From the NCBI GenBank assembly GCA_050298595.1, contig JBNKUM010000089.1:13299-77298 (forward strand): 64,000 bases of DNA. The letters are read 5' to 3'. Source of the DNA: Gammaproteobacteria bacterium (GTDB lineage: Bacteria; Pseudomonadota; Gammaproteobacteria; GCA-001735895). The notes beneath the pieces were generated by a model. The model was not told where the DNA came from and did not search any database. It worked only from the letters and a program-made list of their open reading frames with translations. This document shows, piece after piece, positions 1 through 8,372 of the stretch (its first letter is position 1; the number at the start of each line of letters is the position of its first letter). Position numbers and translations under genes: made by a program.

Positions 1-21
1 AATTTTCATGTACCTCCGACC
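1..21. repeat. Partial copy of the GGAGGTACATG...CATGTACCTCC palindromic element
   Basis: aattttcatgtacctccgacc matches the right arm of the copies at 1182-1225 and 2287-2340; cut by the window edge. Confidence 0.8.
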
Positions 22-34
22 AATTTGACTCGAA

Positions 35-214
35 TAGCGCGGTTTCTACGATGATCTTTTTGAACACTCGACTGAAGTCACTGATATCTTTTTCAGTCTT
101 GATCATTTTGGCGGCCTCTCGGGCCAGGGCCTGGATATCTTCTCTCTTCATCTGCTTACCTTCTCCTATTCGAGGATTAAAAATAAGCAGTTTCACAACT
201 TATATTACAGCCTC
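35..214 (-). mobile_element. IS256-family left end plus truncated transposase N-terminus
   Basis: Minus-strand ATG at 151 translates MKREDIQALAREAAKMIKTEKDISDFSRVFKKIIVETAL, resembling the IS285/IS1414-type N-terminus. The end reads GAGGCTGTAATATAAGTTGTGAAACTGC from 214, like an IS256 IRL. Similarity is lost after ETAL, close to a palindromic repeat at 1-21. Confidence 0.75.
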
Positions 215-358
215 CGAAGAAGAGCAGGTTTAGCGGATTATATTTAAACAGGGCAGTTAAACAGAATTTTTTACCGTCTCATTGTGCTCTAATCACAGCT
301 TTTCAATCCTGTTTATTTCAAGACCGAATAATCAAGGCATATTGCTGGATAACCTTGC

Positions 359-1057
359 ATGTATATCATTTCTCTTAGCGATCTCCTACTAGGATTCATT
401 CCGCCTCTGATCACTCTGTTCATTATCTTTAAATGGTCTTTATCTTTTAAAAAAGCCATCTATTCAGTTACAAGGATGCTGTTACAACTCATGTTGATTG
501 GTTATGCGTTAAATTTCATCTTTAGTAGTAACAGTGCCTATCTAGTCACTCTTGTACTCAGTTTGATGTTATTTGCTGCCAGCTGGATTGCGCTTAGCTC
601 TCTAGATCAATCGACCAGTCAGCTTTTTTTATATAGCCTGGCTTCTATCGCTATTGGAGGGGTTTTTACCCTAATTATTACAACGCAGGGGGTTTTACAC
701 CTCGATCCCTGGTTTGACCCGAAGGTTATTATTCCGATAGCGGGAATGATATTTTCTAATTCAATGAATACAATAAGTATCGCTGCGGAACGTTTTTATA
801 GCGAACAGAAACACGTTGAGGACTATTGTCATTGTCGTGATGCGGCCTATCAGGCGGCACTCATTCCAGTATTAAATTCTCTACTTGCGGTTGGATTGGT
901 ATCCTTACCCGGCATGATGACGGGGCAGATACTTTCCGGGGTTTCTCCATTGATAGCAGCACGCTATCAAATCATGGTAATGCTGATGATTATGGGATCT
1001 AGTGGTATATCTGCCGCCCTGTTCCTGACATTGATCAAGCGGCAATTTAAGCCGTAG
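359..1057 (+). CDS. UPF0014/FetB(YbbM)-like ABC permease
   Basis: Multi-TM protein with RMLLQLMLIGY, IPIAGMIFSNSMN and GLVSLPGMMTGQILSGVSPLIAARYQI motifs; no ATPase partner adjacent. Confidence 0.85.
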   Translation: MYIISLSDLLLGFIPPLITLFIIFKWSLSFKKAIYSVTRMLLQLMLIGYALNFIFSSNSAYLVTLVLSLMLFAASWIALSSLDQSTSQLFLYSLASIAIGGVFTLIITTQGVLHLDPWFDPKVIIPIAGMIFSNSMNTISIAAERFYSEQKHVEDYCHCRDAAYQAALIPVLNSLLAVGLVSLPGMMTGQILSGVSPLIAARYQIMVMLMIMGSSGISAALFLTLIKRQFKP

Positions 1058-1181
1058 CAGCCCTGAGATTTTACTCAGAGTAAAATCAAGCAGTAACTTT
1101 AGCAGTGAATAAATAATATAAGCTCCCACCAATTGAAAAGGAAATTACTCTTAAGCTATTCGGTTAGAGCGTAGGTTAAAA

Positions 1182-1225
1182 GGGTCGGAGGAACATAAAA
1201 ATTATTCCCATGTACCTCCGTCCCC
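1182..1225. repeat. REP-like palindromic element
   Basis: gggtcggaggaacata-aaaattattcc-catgtacctccgtcccc, an imperfect hairpin; inverted relative to the copy at 2287-2340. Confidence 0.85.
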
Positions 1226-1292
1226 TGTTATTAATGTTGCTTCGCAAGAAAATTTTTATGGTAAGCTTTTTTGAGTTAAGAGAGGTTCTATT

Positions 1293-2258
1293 ATGACGAC
1301 TAAAGTTTTTGTTGATGGCCAGGAAGGTACAACGGGTTTGCAGATACACGAACGTTTGCAAGGACGCTCGGATTTGGAAATTCTCACCATTGATCCTGCA
1401 CTTCGTAAAGATATCGCTGAAAGAAAAAAACTGCTGAACGCTGCAGACATTGTCTTTTTGTGTTTGCCGGATTCAGCTGCCATGGAAAGTGTGGCCCTCA
1501 TTGAAAATGATAACACCTGTGTCATTGATGCCAGCACAGCACATCGAACCAACCCAGATTGGGTTTATGGTTTAGCGGAAGTAAAGCCAGAACAACGCGA
1601 CCTGATTAAGAACAGCAAACGTATTGCGAACCCAGGCTGTTATGCCACGGGCTTTGTTTTAGCTGTGGCTCCTTTGGTTCAAGCCGGTGTGGTAAAAACA
1701 GATTCTGATTTTGTGTGTCATGCGATTACTGGATATTCTGGTGGCGGGAAAAAATTAATCGCTTTACATGAAGAAGCAGAACATTTAACTCGCGATGCAG
1801 GAAGTTCTCCTCGCATGAATGCTCCCCGTGCCTATGGCCTGGGTTTGCAGCATAAGCATTTACCTGAAATGACTTTGGTCTCTGGCATTGAAAAAGAACC
1901 TCACTTTAATCCTGTTGTGGGTCCTTACTACAAAGGCATGGCAGTGAACGTTCCGATTTTGCCTGGCCAATTGACGAGCGATATTTCTGCACAAGAATTA
2001 CAAGCGGTCATGGAAAAACATTACGCGGGTCAGGAATTTGTAAAGGTTTTACCTTTCGAAGAAAACCCCGCTCTGGATGGTGGCTTTTTAGACGCTACAG
2101 TTTGTAACGACACCAACCGTGCGGATGTACATGTGTTTGGCCAAAAAGGTCATTTGCAAGTAACCGTGGTCCTGGACAATCTGGGTAAGGGTGCCAGTGG
2201 CGCTGCGGTTCAGAATATGAATATCGTTATGGGTATTGATGAAAAGACGGGACTTTAG
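1293..2258 (+). CDS. argC: N-acetyl-gamma-glutamyl-phosphate reductase, type 2 (short form)
   Basis: KVFVDGQEGTTGLQI N-terminus, ANPGCYATG catalytic Cys motif, DNLGKGASGAAVQN; RBS GAGG upstream. Confidence 0.95.
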   Translation: MTTKVFVDGQEGTTGLQIHERLQGRSDLEILTIDPALRKDIAERKKLLNAADIVFLCLPDSAAMESVALIENDNTCVIDASTAHRTNPDWVYGLAEVKPEQRDLIKNSKRIANPGCYATGFVLAVAPLVQAGVVKTDSDFVCHAITGYSGGGKKLIALHEEAEHLTRDAGSSPRMNAPRAYGLGLQHKHLPEMTLVSGIEKEPHFNPVVGPYYKGMAVNVPILPGQLTSDISAQELQAVMEKHYAGQEFVKVLPFEENPALDGGFLDATVCNDTNRADVHVFGQKGHLQVTVVLDNLGKGASGAAVQNMNIVMGIDEKTGL

Positions 2259-2286
2259 AGCTAAGTTTCTTCCCTTACCTTTTTAA

Positions 2287-2340
2287 GTTAAAGGGGTCAG
2301 AGGTACATGGGAATAATTTTCATGTACCTCCCCCTTTAAC
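2287..2340. repeat. REP-like palindromic element (could also act as a terminator)
   Basis: gttaaaggggtcagaggtacatg-ggaataatttt-catgtacctccccctttaac hairpin. Confidence 0.85.
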
Positions 2341-2405
2341 TCTCCATTATATCGAGGCAAAAGACAAGACCTGCCCTCAGAGATTCAAAGAACGCACAGC
2401 GAGCT

Positions 2406-5400
2406 TTATAGTTCACTTATGAAATCAGTTTTTTTTGCTGCCTCGACACTTTGTCTCCATTCTTTGATTTTTTGCTCGATAAAGAGCTTATGATCTAAAA
2501 GATCAAACGTGGAGCACAGGGGTAGCAAGTCCTCCCAATAATCCACCATCGCCTGATAAACAGGAATCATGCTTCCCGAAGAGCTACCCCAGTGGCTTGG
2601 CTCTAAAGATATCTTCTTAAAATCCTGATATGAAGTGTTCTTTCTGAGAAATAATTCGATAAATTGTTTTCGCCGCTCTTCTTTAAACTCTGAAATAACT
2701 TTAAAAATAAGTCGCATAAGGTCCATTTCAGTCGAATGGTTTTCTATAAGAATTTTAAGGAGACTGTCTTGCTTGTCCTTTATTTCAGATGAGCATTCAA
2801 TATTGTTATTGAGACAGAAGAAACGCTTTAAGAGTTGACCAGATACGTAATCGCGATCGAGCTCTTTGTCCATAATCTTTGCTATGGCTGAGGTGATAAT
2901 TTCTTCGAAATTCTCAAGCTCCCAAAGAAAAGAATAGTCCCGATGGTCAGAATAAATATCAGGCCATTCTTCATCGGTATATATGTTCTCAATGAGTTCG
3001 AGTAAAAAATTGCAGTCATTATTGAGGATACGGCTAAGTGTTGCGCCGTTATAGTCAGGGTTATTGTCGATTTTGCAATAGATTAAATATGCCCTTTTAA
3101 TAAGAGATATGTGTTCTTCCAGAATGACAAAAAGTTGTTTGTTAACTTCGGTTAAGTGATTGAATAATATTTGCAGGCATCGACCATACGAGCTATCGTT
3201 TTCGTATTTTTCGACGATGACCTCAATAACGTTATAAACTATGTCACTATCTGCTTGTCGGTATTTCAAGAGGTAATCGAAGTCATAGGGAATGTCACTT
3301 GGAGAAGCGCTTTTATACAATGAAAGAAGAGCCTTGGCGTCCTGTAAGCCGATATCGTCTTCATCGAGACAGCCGTAATAATTAAAAAGCCAATGTTTTT
3401 TTAAAGAATATTCCGGCTCCGTTATTAGGGCTAAGGCCTTGTCTTTCCCGCAGTAGCAGATGAGCTTGGAGATTAACAGGTATGCGTGGCTTAACTTTAG
3501 CGAATTTCCGGATGATAAGTGGTATTTTGTTACGTCTTCAAAAAGTGCTGCGTCTTTTTCGCTTAAAGCCATAAAGGCTTCATTAATCGCACTATTTATT
3601 TGATAGGCTTCATGACCATCTCTAATAACAGATAATATCTCTTTCGCATGATCAAGAAATGCAATGGAGCCTGGATAATCAAATTCTTCAACATAGGATC
3701 TTATTATCTCTTTTTTGATCTGAGAAAATTCATCGTAATTTTCAGTTTCAATATCACCGTAATCAAATGAAAGTATTTTATAGGCTTGATAGGTCTTATT
3801 TTTAAATCTATAGCTCAAATCCTCTGTGGAGCTTATGTCTCTTTCGTCAAGAAACCGGCAATAATTCTGAACGATCAGGCATTCAGTGAAGCTGTCTGGA
3901 TTAAAGGTATTTTCTAAAAAGGGAATAAGGTGCTCAGAATCTTTTTCTACTATCTCTTTTTGAGTAAGATAATATCCATCTCTGCAATAGTTTTTAATTG
4001 TATCAACTACATGCCTCCGAAGTTTATCGATTTCATATAGTTTGAATAAACCTTCAAATATTATTTTTCTCATAGAAATGATGGAATCGGTTGGCAGAAG
4101 ATCGAACTTATAGATCGTTATTGCGCGCCCGTTACCTTCATGGCTATCAAAATGGGTCCTAAGAAATTTTGATGCAACCTTAATGAATAATCTGGCGAAT
4201 AATTCGTCTTTTCCATTTTTAGTTCTCTCCCACAATGACTTTATCAATATACTTTGTATGGTATAATCACTTTTGTAAGAATGACGATTAAACCCAAAGT
4301 CTTCGGTCATGAGTTTAACGAATGAAGGGGATGCACTAGGACTTCTTTCGATATATCTATAGGTAAGCTCAAGAGCCGACTTAAATGTGCTCTCACTGCT
4401 AGACTGACGAAAGAGAGAAAGCGTTCCTAGAATTTGGTGAGATGACAGCGAGTTCACATTTTTTTCAAAATCTATATTGCTGATATCGCATGGGCTTTTA
4501 TCCATCAAGTCAATACGATCTCTGATATAGATAAGAACGTCGGTTTGTAAAAGAAACCAAAAAGTATTAATGAATTCATCTATAATCTTTGAGTCTCCAT
4601 TTTTAATATATTGATCCCATTTACCTTTCACATCGCTTTCGATTTGTTTTGAAATTTCATTGAAGTCAAAAGAGTTAAAGCATGGATAGAGTGCGTCCTT
4701 TATCTTTCCTGATTTTTCAACGAAAAAATGATCTAGGATCGTCGAAAAACTAAGTTTCTTTTCCTTAAAGAAGCACAGATAAAATAAGTAAGTAGACAAA
4801 ACCTGATCGTTTACTTTGGCGACTTCGTCTTCGTGGATATCAACAATTTCGGCTTCATGTAAATATTGGGTGGCCTCCCAGAATTCATCTTGACTGATAT
4901 CGAAGGCATTCTGGATGCGCTCCATAATTCCGGAGTTCGATCTATCAAAAGACCTGAAAAATGAAATAATGCCAGCGACTTTTAGAATGTCGCCATTCTT
5001 TAGATTTTTTAAGTCGTCCGATATCGATGCAAAATACTCATCATAAAGTGCTGTTACATCTCTTATACTGCTTAAGGTATTCTCTTTGGCTGCAATCGAT
5101 GCGGCCATAATTGCGAGTCTTGGATTTCCTCCGGAAATTTCAAAAATACGCTCCTGAAAAGATGGATTTTTAATAGTATATAATTCTTCAATTAAAGCCT
5201 TTATTTCATCGGCTTTCATGGGGCTCAGCGCTATCTCTGATACACTTTCTATCGGTTTTGCTAAAGATAATATTTTGTCACGCGCATAGTCCCTAACTGT
5301 AACTATGCATTTAATTACCTGATCTTCCCTTTGGTTTTGTATCAAATCTACAAAGTAGTCGAATTGGGTTATTCTGTTCGCATCATCCACCAGTATTAGG

Positions 5401-6176
5401 AAGTTACCAGGTTGTGAAAAATACGTTCTTATGTCTTCGAATAAGTCTGGGCCTTTATTGTATATAACGTAATCAGAGTAGTCCTCGTGCATTTTCTGAA
5501 ATTCTTCCATGGCTTTGAGTGCCAAACGTGATTTTCCAACCCCTGCCGATCCAGACAATACCAAAAGATTGTCACTCTCTAAGCTTTCAAGTGCTTGTTT
5601 CAACTCCTCTTCTCGATAATGAAATTGAGTATCAAGAGGTGTGCTTATATGATTTTTTCCAACATTTTTAATAAAATCATCAGGAGATACTATTTGGCCA
5701 GTGTCGATATTAATTCCAAGATAGTCTTGAGCCAGTGCGGGGTATTTTTGGTATAGATCGAAGGAAATATTATCTATACTATAAATTTGAATCTTAATTC
5801 CATTTTCTTTGCACTTTTTATAAAGCTGTTGTTCGTCAATGAGGTCGAGTTGAGAGTTGTGACAGAATATAACCTCCTCAATCTCGTTGAGAGGAATTCC
5901 CGTTTTTGATGGGTCTAGGCATTTATCAAGATCGCTGTTCAACTTCTTTAAGAGGTCTGTTTTGTCTGTCGTATATTCAGCAAAAACAAGCTTTCCGTTA
6001 TCCTGCCTGAAATAGCTGTCAGGAGTTCCTTTTTTAACCTTGTCTGATCCTATGGCTGAGCCAAGTGTATTTATATTGTGATAGCCTTTCTTAAACAAGT
6101 AAGTGTCTGCAAGCTTTTGGAAAGCCCCACCATCCATTTCATTTAAAGCATTTTCTATTTGATTTAGCTTAGACAT
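2406..6176 (-). CDS. Large STAND-type P-loop NTPase with putative N-terminal PD-(D/E)xK-like nuclease (Avs-like defence candidate)
   Basis: 1256 aa; N-terminal GTPDSYF...FAEYTT; Walker A GSAGVGKS, Walker B LILVDDAN, SGGNPRLA (GxP) motif; long helical C-terminus; AT-rich. Confidence 0.7.
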   Translation of the reverse strand: MSKLNQIENALNEMDGGAFQKLADTYLFKKGYHNINTLGSAIGSDKVKKGTPDSYFRQDNGKLVFAEYTTDKTDLLKKLNSDLDKCLDPSKTGIPLNEIEEVIFCHNSQLDLIDEQQLYKKCKENGIKIQIYSIDNISFDLYQKYPALAQDYLGINIDTGQIVSPDDFIKNVGKNHISTPLDTQFHYREEELKQALESLESDNLLVLSGSAGVGKSRLALKAMEEFQKMHEDYSDYVIYNKGPDLFEDIRTYFSQPGNFLILVDDANRITQFDYFVDLIQNQREDQVIKCIVTVRDYARDKILSLAKPIESVSEIALSPMKADEIKALIEELYTIKNPSFQERIFEISGGNPRLAIMAASIAAKENTLSSIRDVTALYDEYFASISDDLKNLKNGDILKVAGIISFFRSFDRSNSGIMERIQNAFDISQDEFWEATQYLHEAEIVDIHEDEVAKVNDQVLSTYLFYLCFFKEKKLSFSTILDHFFVEKSGKIKDALYPCFNSFDFNEISKQIESDVKGKWDQYIKNGDSKIIDEFINTFWFLLQTDVLIYIRDRIDLMDKSPCDISNIDFEKNVNSLSSHQILGTLSLFRQSSSESTFKSALELTYRYIERSPSASPSFVKLMTEDFGFNRHSYKSDYTIQSILIKSLWERTKNGKDELFARLFIKVASKFLRTHFDSHEGNGRAITIYKFDLLPTDSIISMRKIIFEGLFKLYEIDKLRRHVVDTIKNYCRDGYYLTQKEIVEKDSEHLIPFLENTFNPDSFTECLIVQNYCRFLDERDISSTEDLSYRFKNKTYQAYKILSFDYGDIETENYDEFSQIKKEIIRSYVEEFDYPGSIAFLDHAKEILSVIRDGHEAYQINSAINEAFMALSEKDAALFEDVTKYHLSSGNSLKLSHAYLLISKLICYCGKDKALALITEPEYSLKKHWLFNYYGCLDEDDIGLQDAKALLSLYKSASPSDIPYDFDYLLKYRQADSDIVYNVIEVIVEKYENDSSYGRCLQILFNHLTEVNKQLFVILEEHISLIKRAYLIYCKIDNNPDYNGATLSRILNNDCNFLLELIENIYTDEEWPDIYSDHRDYSFLWELENFEEIITSAIAKIMDKELDRDYVSGQLLKRFFCLNNNIECSSEIKDKQDSLLKILIENHSTEMDLMRLIFKVISEFKEERRKQFIELFLRKNTSYQDFKKISLEPSHWGSSSGSMIPVYQAMVDYWEDLLPLCSTFDLLDHKLFIEQKIKEWRQSVEAAKKTDFISEL

Positions 6177-6192
6177 ATTCTCAATCTTTTTC

Positions 6193-6323
6193 GGACACCC
6201 ACTTTTTGAACCTTGACACTACTATAGATCAACGGTCACTAAAAACCCATCGACCCAACGAAAGGAGCGCATCACGCCGAAAGCCTGGAAGACTCAGGTT
6301 TCTGTCGCTCCTACGCCTGTGCC
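6193..6323. repeat. 131-bp direct repeat A, copy 1
   Basis: Near-identical to 7058-7188; starts with the core GGACACCCACTTTTTGAA; internal hairpins (aggagcg/cgctcct). Confidence 0.9.
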
Positions 6324-6384
6324 TCCGCCCCCCCTTTAACTCGGTAAAACTGACCTCAGCGGTGTTAAAAGAGCAAGGCCACAT

Positions 6385-6707
6385 TTACGTCGAAACTGAT
6401 CGCTGTCCTGAGAGCTGCGTCTGACTATCCAGGGTCTTCTCAACCAGAAAATCAATGAATGCGCGGATCGATGGCTTTATATAGGTACTGTTCCGGTAAA
6501 CGGCATAAACCTCTCCTATCGAATTTTCATGGATTGAACACGCCCAGTCCTCTAAGCAGATAACCAGTTTGTCCTGATCAATGTACTCTGCAACCATCCA
6601 TTTAGGAATCTGAATAATGCCGGTACCGCTTAAAGCTGCTTCAAGCAGCGGTGTGCCTCCAGTGGATATCAGGTTACCGCTAACAGGGATCTTTCTTGAA
6701 TAATTTA
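6385..6707 (-). pseudogene. C-terminal fragment of a LysR-type (CrgA-like) regulator
   Basis: LLEAALSGTGIIQIPKWMV...VYAVY...IRAFIDFL matches a substrate-binding-domain C-terminus; no HTH; the 5' part is replaced by the repeat core at 6708. Confidence 0.8.
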
Positions 6708-6781
6708 GGACACCCACTTTTTGAAGCTTTCTAGAGATTTCAATCTTTGCTTGAATTCTCTAGCTATTAACTCCCCATCCA
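6708..6781. repeat. 74-bp direct repeat B, copy 1
   Basis: Near-identical to 6961-7034; same 18-bp core followed by a ctagagatttca/tgaa(a/t)tctctag hairpin. Confidence 0.9.
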
Positions 6782-6791
6782 GATCCGCGGT

Positions 6792-6918
6792 AAAAGTACA
6801 GTCAAATCGGGGTAAATTCGCATGGATGCGAATTTAGGGGCAGTCGCGTCAGGAACGCGACTGGCCCGACCGCGATTTGGCTGTACTTTTGACGACAAAA
6901 ATGTCAGGAACATTTTTG
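6792..6918. repeat. Cloverleaf-like non-coding element (MITE/REPIN-like)
   Basis: Outer stem 6792-6809/6873-6890 encloses hairpins 6813-6836 and 6841-6863; a third hairpin lies at 6896-6918; all have (C/T)(A/G)GGA-type loops. Confidence 0.7.
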
Positions 6919-6960
6919 AACGCACATCGTGCGGCCCGGAAATCTTTTGGAAATCTTTTG

Positions 6961-7034
6961 GGACACCCACTTTTTGAAGCTTTCTAGAGATTTCAAGCTT
7001 TGCATGAAATCTCTAGTTATTAAATCCCCATCCA
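6961..7034. repeat. 74-bp direct repeat B, copy 2
   Basis: Near-identical to 6708-6781. Confidence 0.9.
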
Positions 7035-7057
7035 GGCCCTCGGCAGAGAATCTTTTG

Positions 7058-7188
7058 GGACACCCACTTTTTGAAACTTCACACTACTATAGATCAACGG
7101 TAACTAAAAACCCATCGACTCAACGTAAGGAGCGCATCACGCCGAAAGCCTGGAAGACTCAGGTTTCTGTCGCTCCTACGTCTGTGCC
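7058..7188. repeat. 131-bp direct repeat A, copy 2
   Basis: Near-identical to 6193-6323. Confidence 0.9.
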
Positions 7189-7425
7189 GCTACTCCGAAA
7201 TAAGGTCTAACCCTGACTCTTTAATGCCTCTCGCCACAACTAGTAACCATTTCCAAAAATGAGTATTTTTTAAAAAGCGTCTGATAAAACACTGCACCCC
7301 ACATTAATGCCGAACAGACAACCAAATACAACAGGATCTGCCATAGGTCGCCCAGCAATCAATCAACCTCGATGGCTCTGAATTACTAAAATTCTCGCAA
7401 TCATTAATTATTGTTGAGGTACTTC

Positions 7426-8175
7426 ATGCTTACCAAAACCAAAGAACCTGTGACAACTGCTCCATCGTTTGTAGATTTGCGCGAGTTCGCGAAGGCAGCC
7501 GTGGCTAAACTGGCCAGCCAGAACGACACATCAGCCAACCCATTTATTACCAGCCGCTATCCACTGGCACTCCCCCCCGGCCCGGTCGACATAGGCGCTA
7601 TTCATTTATCTGCAGGCAGTGGCACTATCCCGGCTCAGGAAGCCGACGAATTTATTATTGTTTGCGATGGCCATTTAACCCTCACCAGCCAGGGACAGAC
7701 CTTAGAGCTTGCCGACGGCGACAGTGCCGTACTGAGTGCAGGTGGGGATGTTGAGTGGAAATGTCAGGAATCGGCAACGTTGCTCTACATGCGTTACTTC
7801 GAAAGCGGCGTCGGCGAGGGCAAGCTTGTGTCCATCGACACCTCCGCCGAACTCGTGACTTCCGGCACGCCTCTGGCAGAGCTATTGATTGGCCCTACAC
7901 CACACTGCCGCAACCATACTGATTATGTATCTGCAGACGGTGAATTCATGTGTGGTACATGGGACTCAACGCCCTACAAACGACGCCATATGGCCTTTAA
8001 ACATTTTGAGCTGATGCATCTGTTAGAGGGCGCGGTGACTGTTGAAGATCATACCGGTGCGTCACATACCTTTGTTACCGATGATATTTTTCTGGTAGAA
8101 CAAAAAGCTCAATGCAGCTGGGAAAGCACCCAACAGGTGAAAAAAATCTACGCCATTTATCGCCCAGCGTCGTAA
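7426..8175 (+). CDS. Tandem cupin (DUF861/EutQ-like) protein
   Basis: Two cupin motifs (DEFIIVCDGHL; CGTWDSTPY...HFELMHLLEGAV); ATG at 7426 follows a GAGG RBS. Confidence 0.8.
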   Translation: MLTKTKEPVTTAPSFVDLREFAKAAVAKLASQNDTSANPFITSRYPLALPPGPVDIGAIHLSAGSGTIPAQEADEFIIVCDGHLTLTSQGQTLELADGDSAVLSAGGDVEWKCQESATLLYMRYFESGVGEGKLVSIDTSAELVTSGTPLAELLIGPTPHCRNHTDYVSADGEFMCGTWDSTPYKRRHMAFKHFELMHLLEGAVTVEDHTGASHTFVTDDIFLVEQKAQCSWESTQQVKKIYAIYRPAS

Positions 8176-8255
8176 TGATTAACCCGTACGAATTATTGTT
8201 TAAAAATCTTTAAATAGATAAATCTTTGAAGACACTCAGCGATTGGAAAGGAAAC

Positions 8256-8336
8256 TAAACTTCAGCTATTCAGCTATTCAGCTATTCAGCTATTCAGCTA
8301 TTCAGCTATTCAGCTATTCAGCTATGGCTGAAGTTT
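8256..8336 (-). terminator. Hairpin downstream of glmS containing an 8 x TTCAGCTA tandem repeat
   Basis: Arms taaacttcagc / gctgaagttta; 8-bp unit repeated 8 times over 8261-8324. Confidence 0.7.
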
Positions 8337-8372
8337 AATGGAGAGGGAATTAAGTCAAAACTTCCTGATAAT

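Noticed and set aside
6193-7188. CRISPR array
   Set aside because: Core spacing is 515, 253 and 97 bp, intervening DNA is partly repeated, and no cas genes are present.
6206-7210. ORFs 6206-6424, 6767-6970 and 6929-7210 as genes
   Set aside because: They are translations of the repeat elements with no recognisable protein features.
8176-8372. Tn7-like transposon end at attTn7 downstream of glmS
   Set aside because: No TGT-initiated end with repeated TnsB sites is evident and there are no tns genes in the window.
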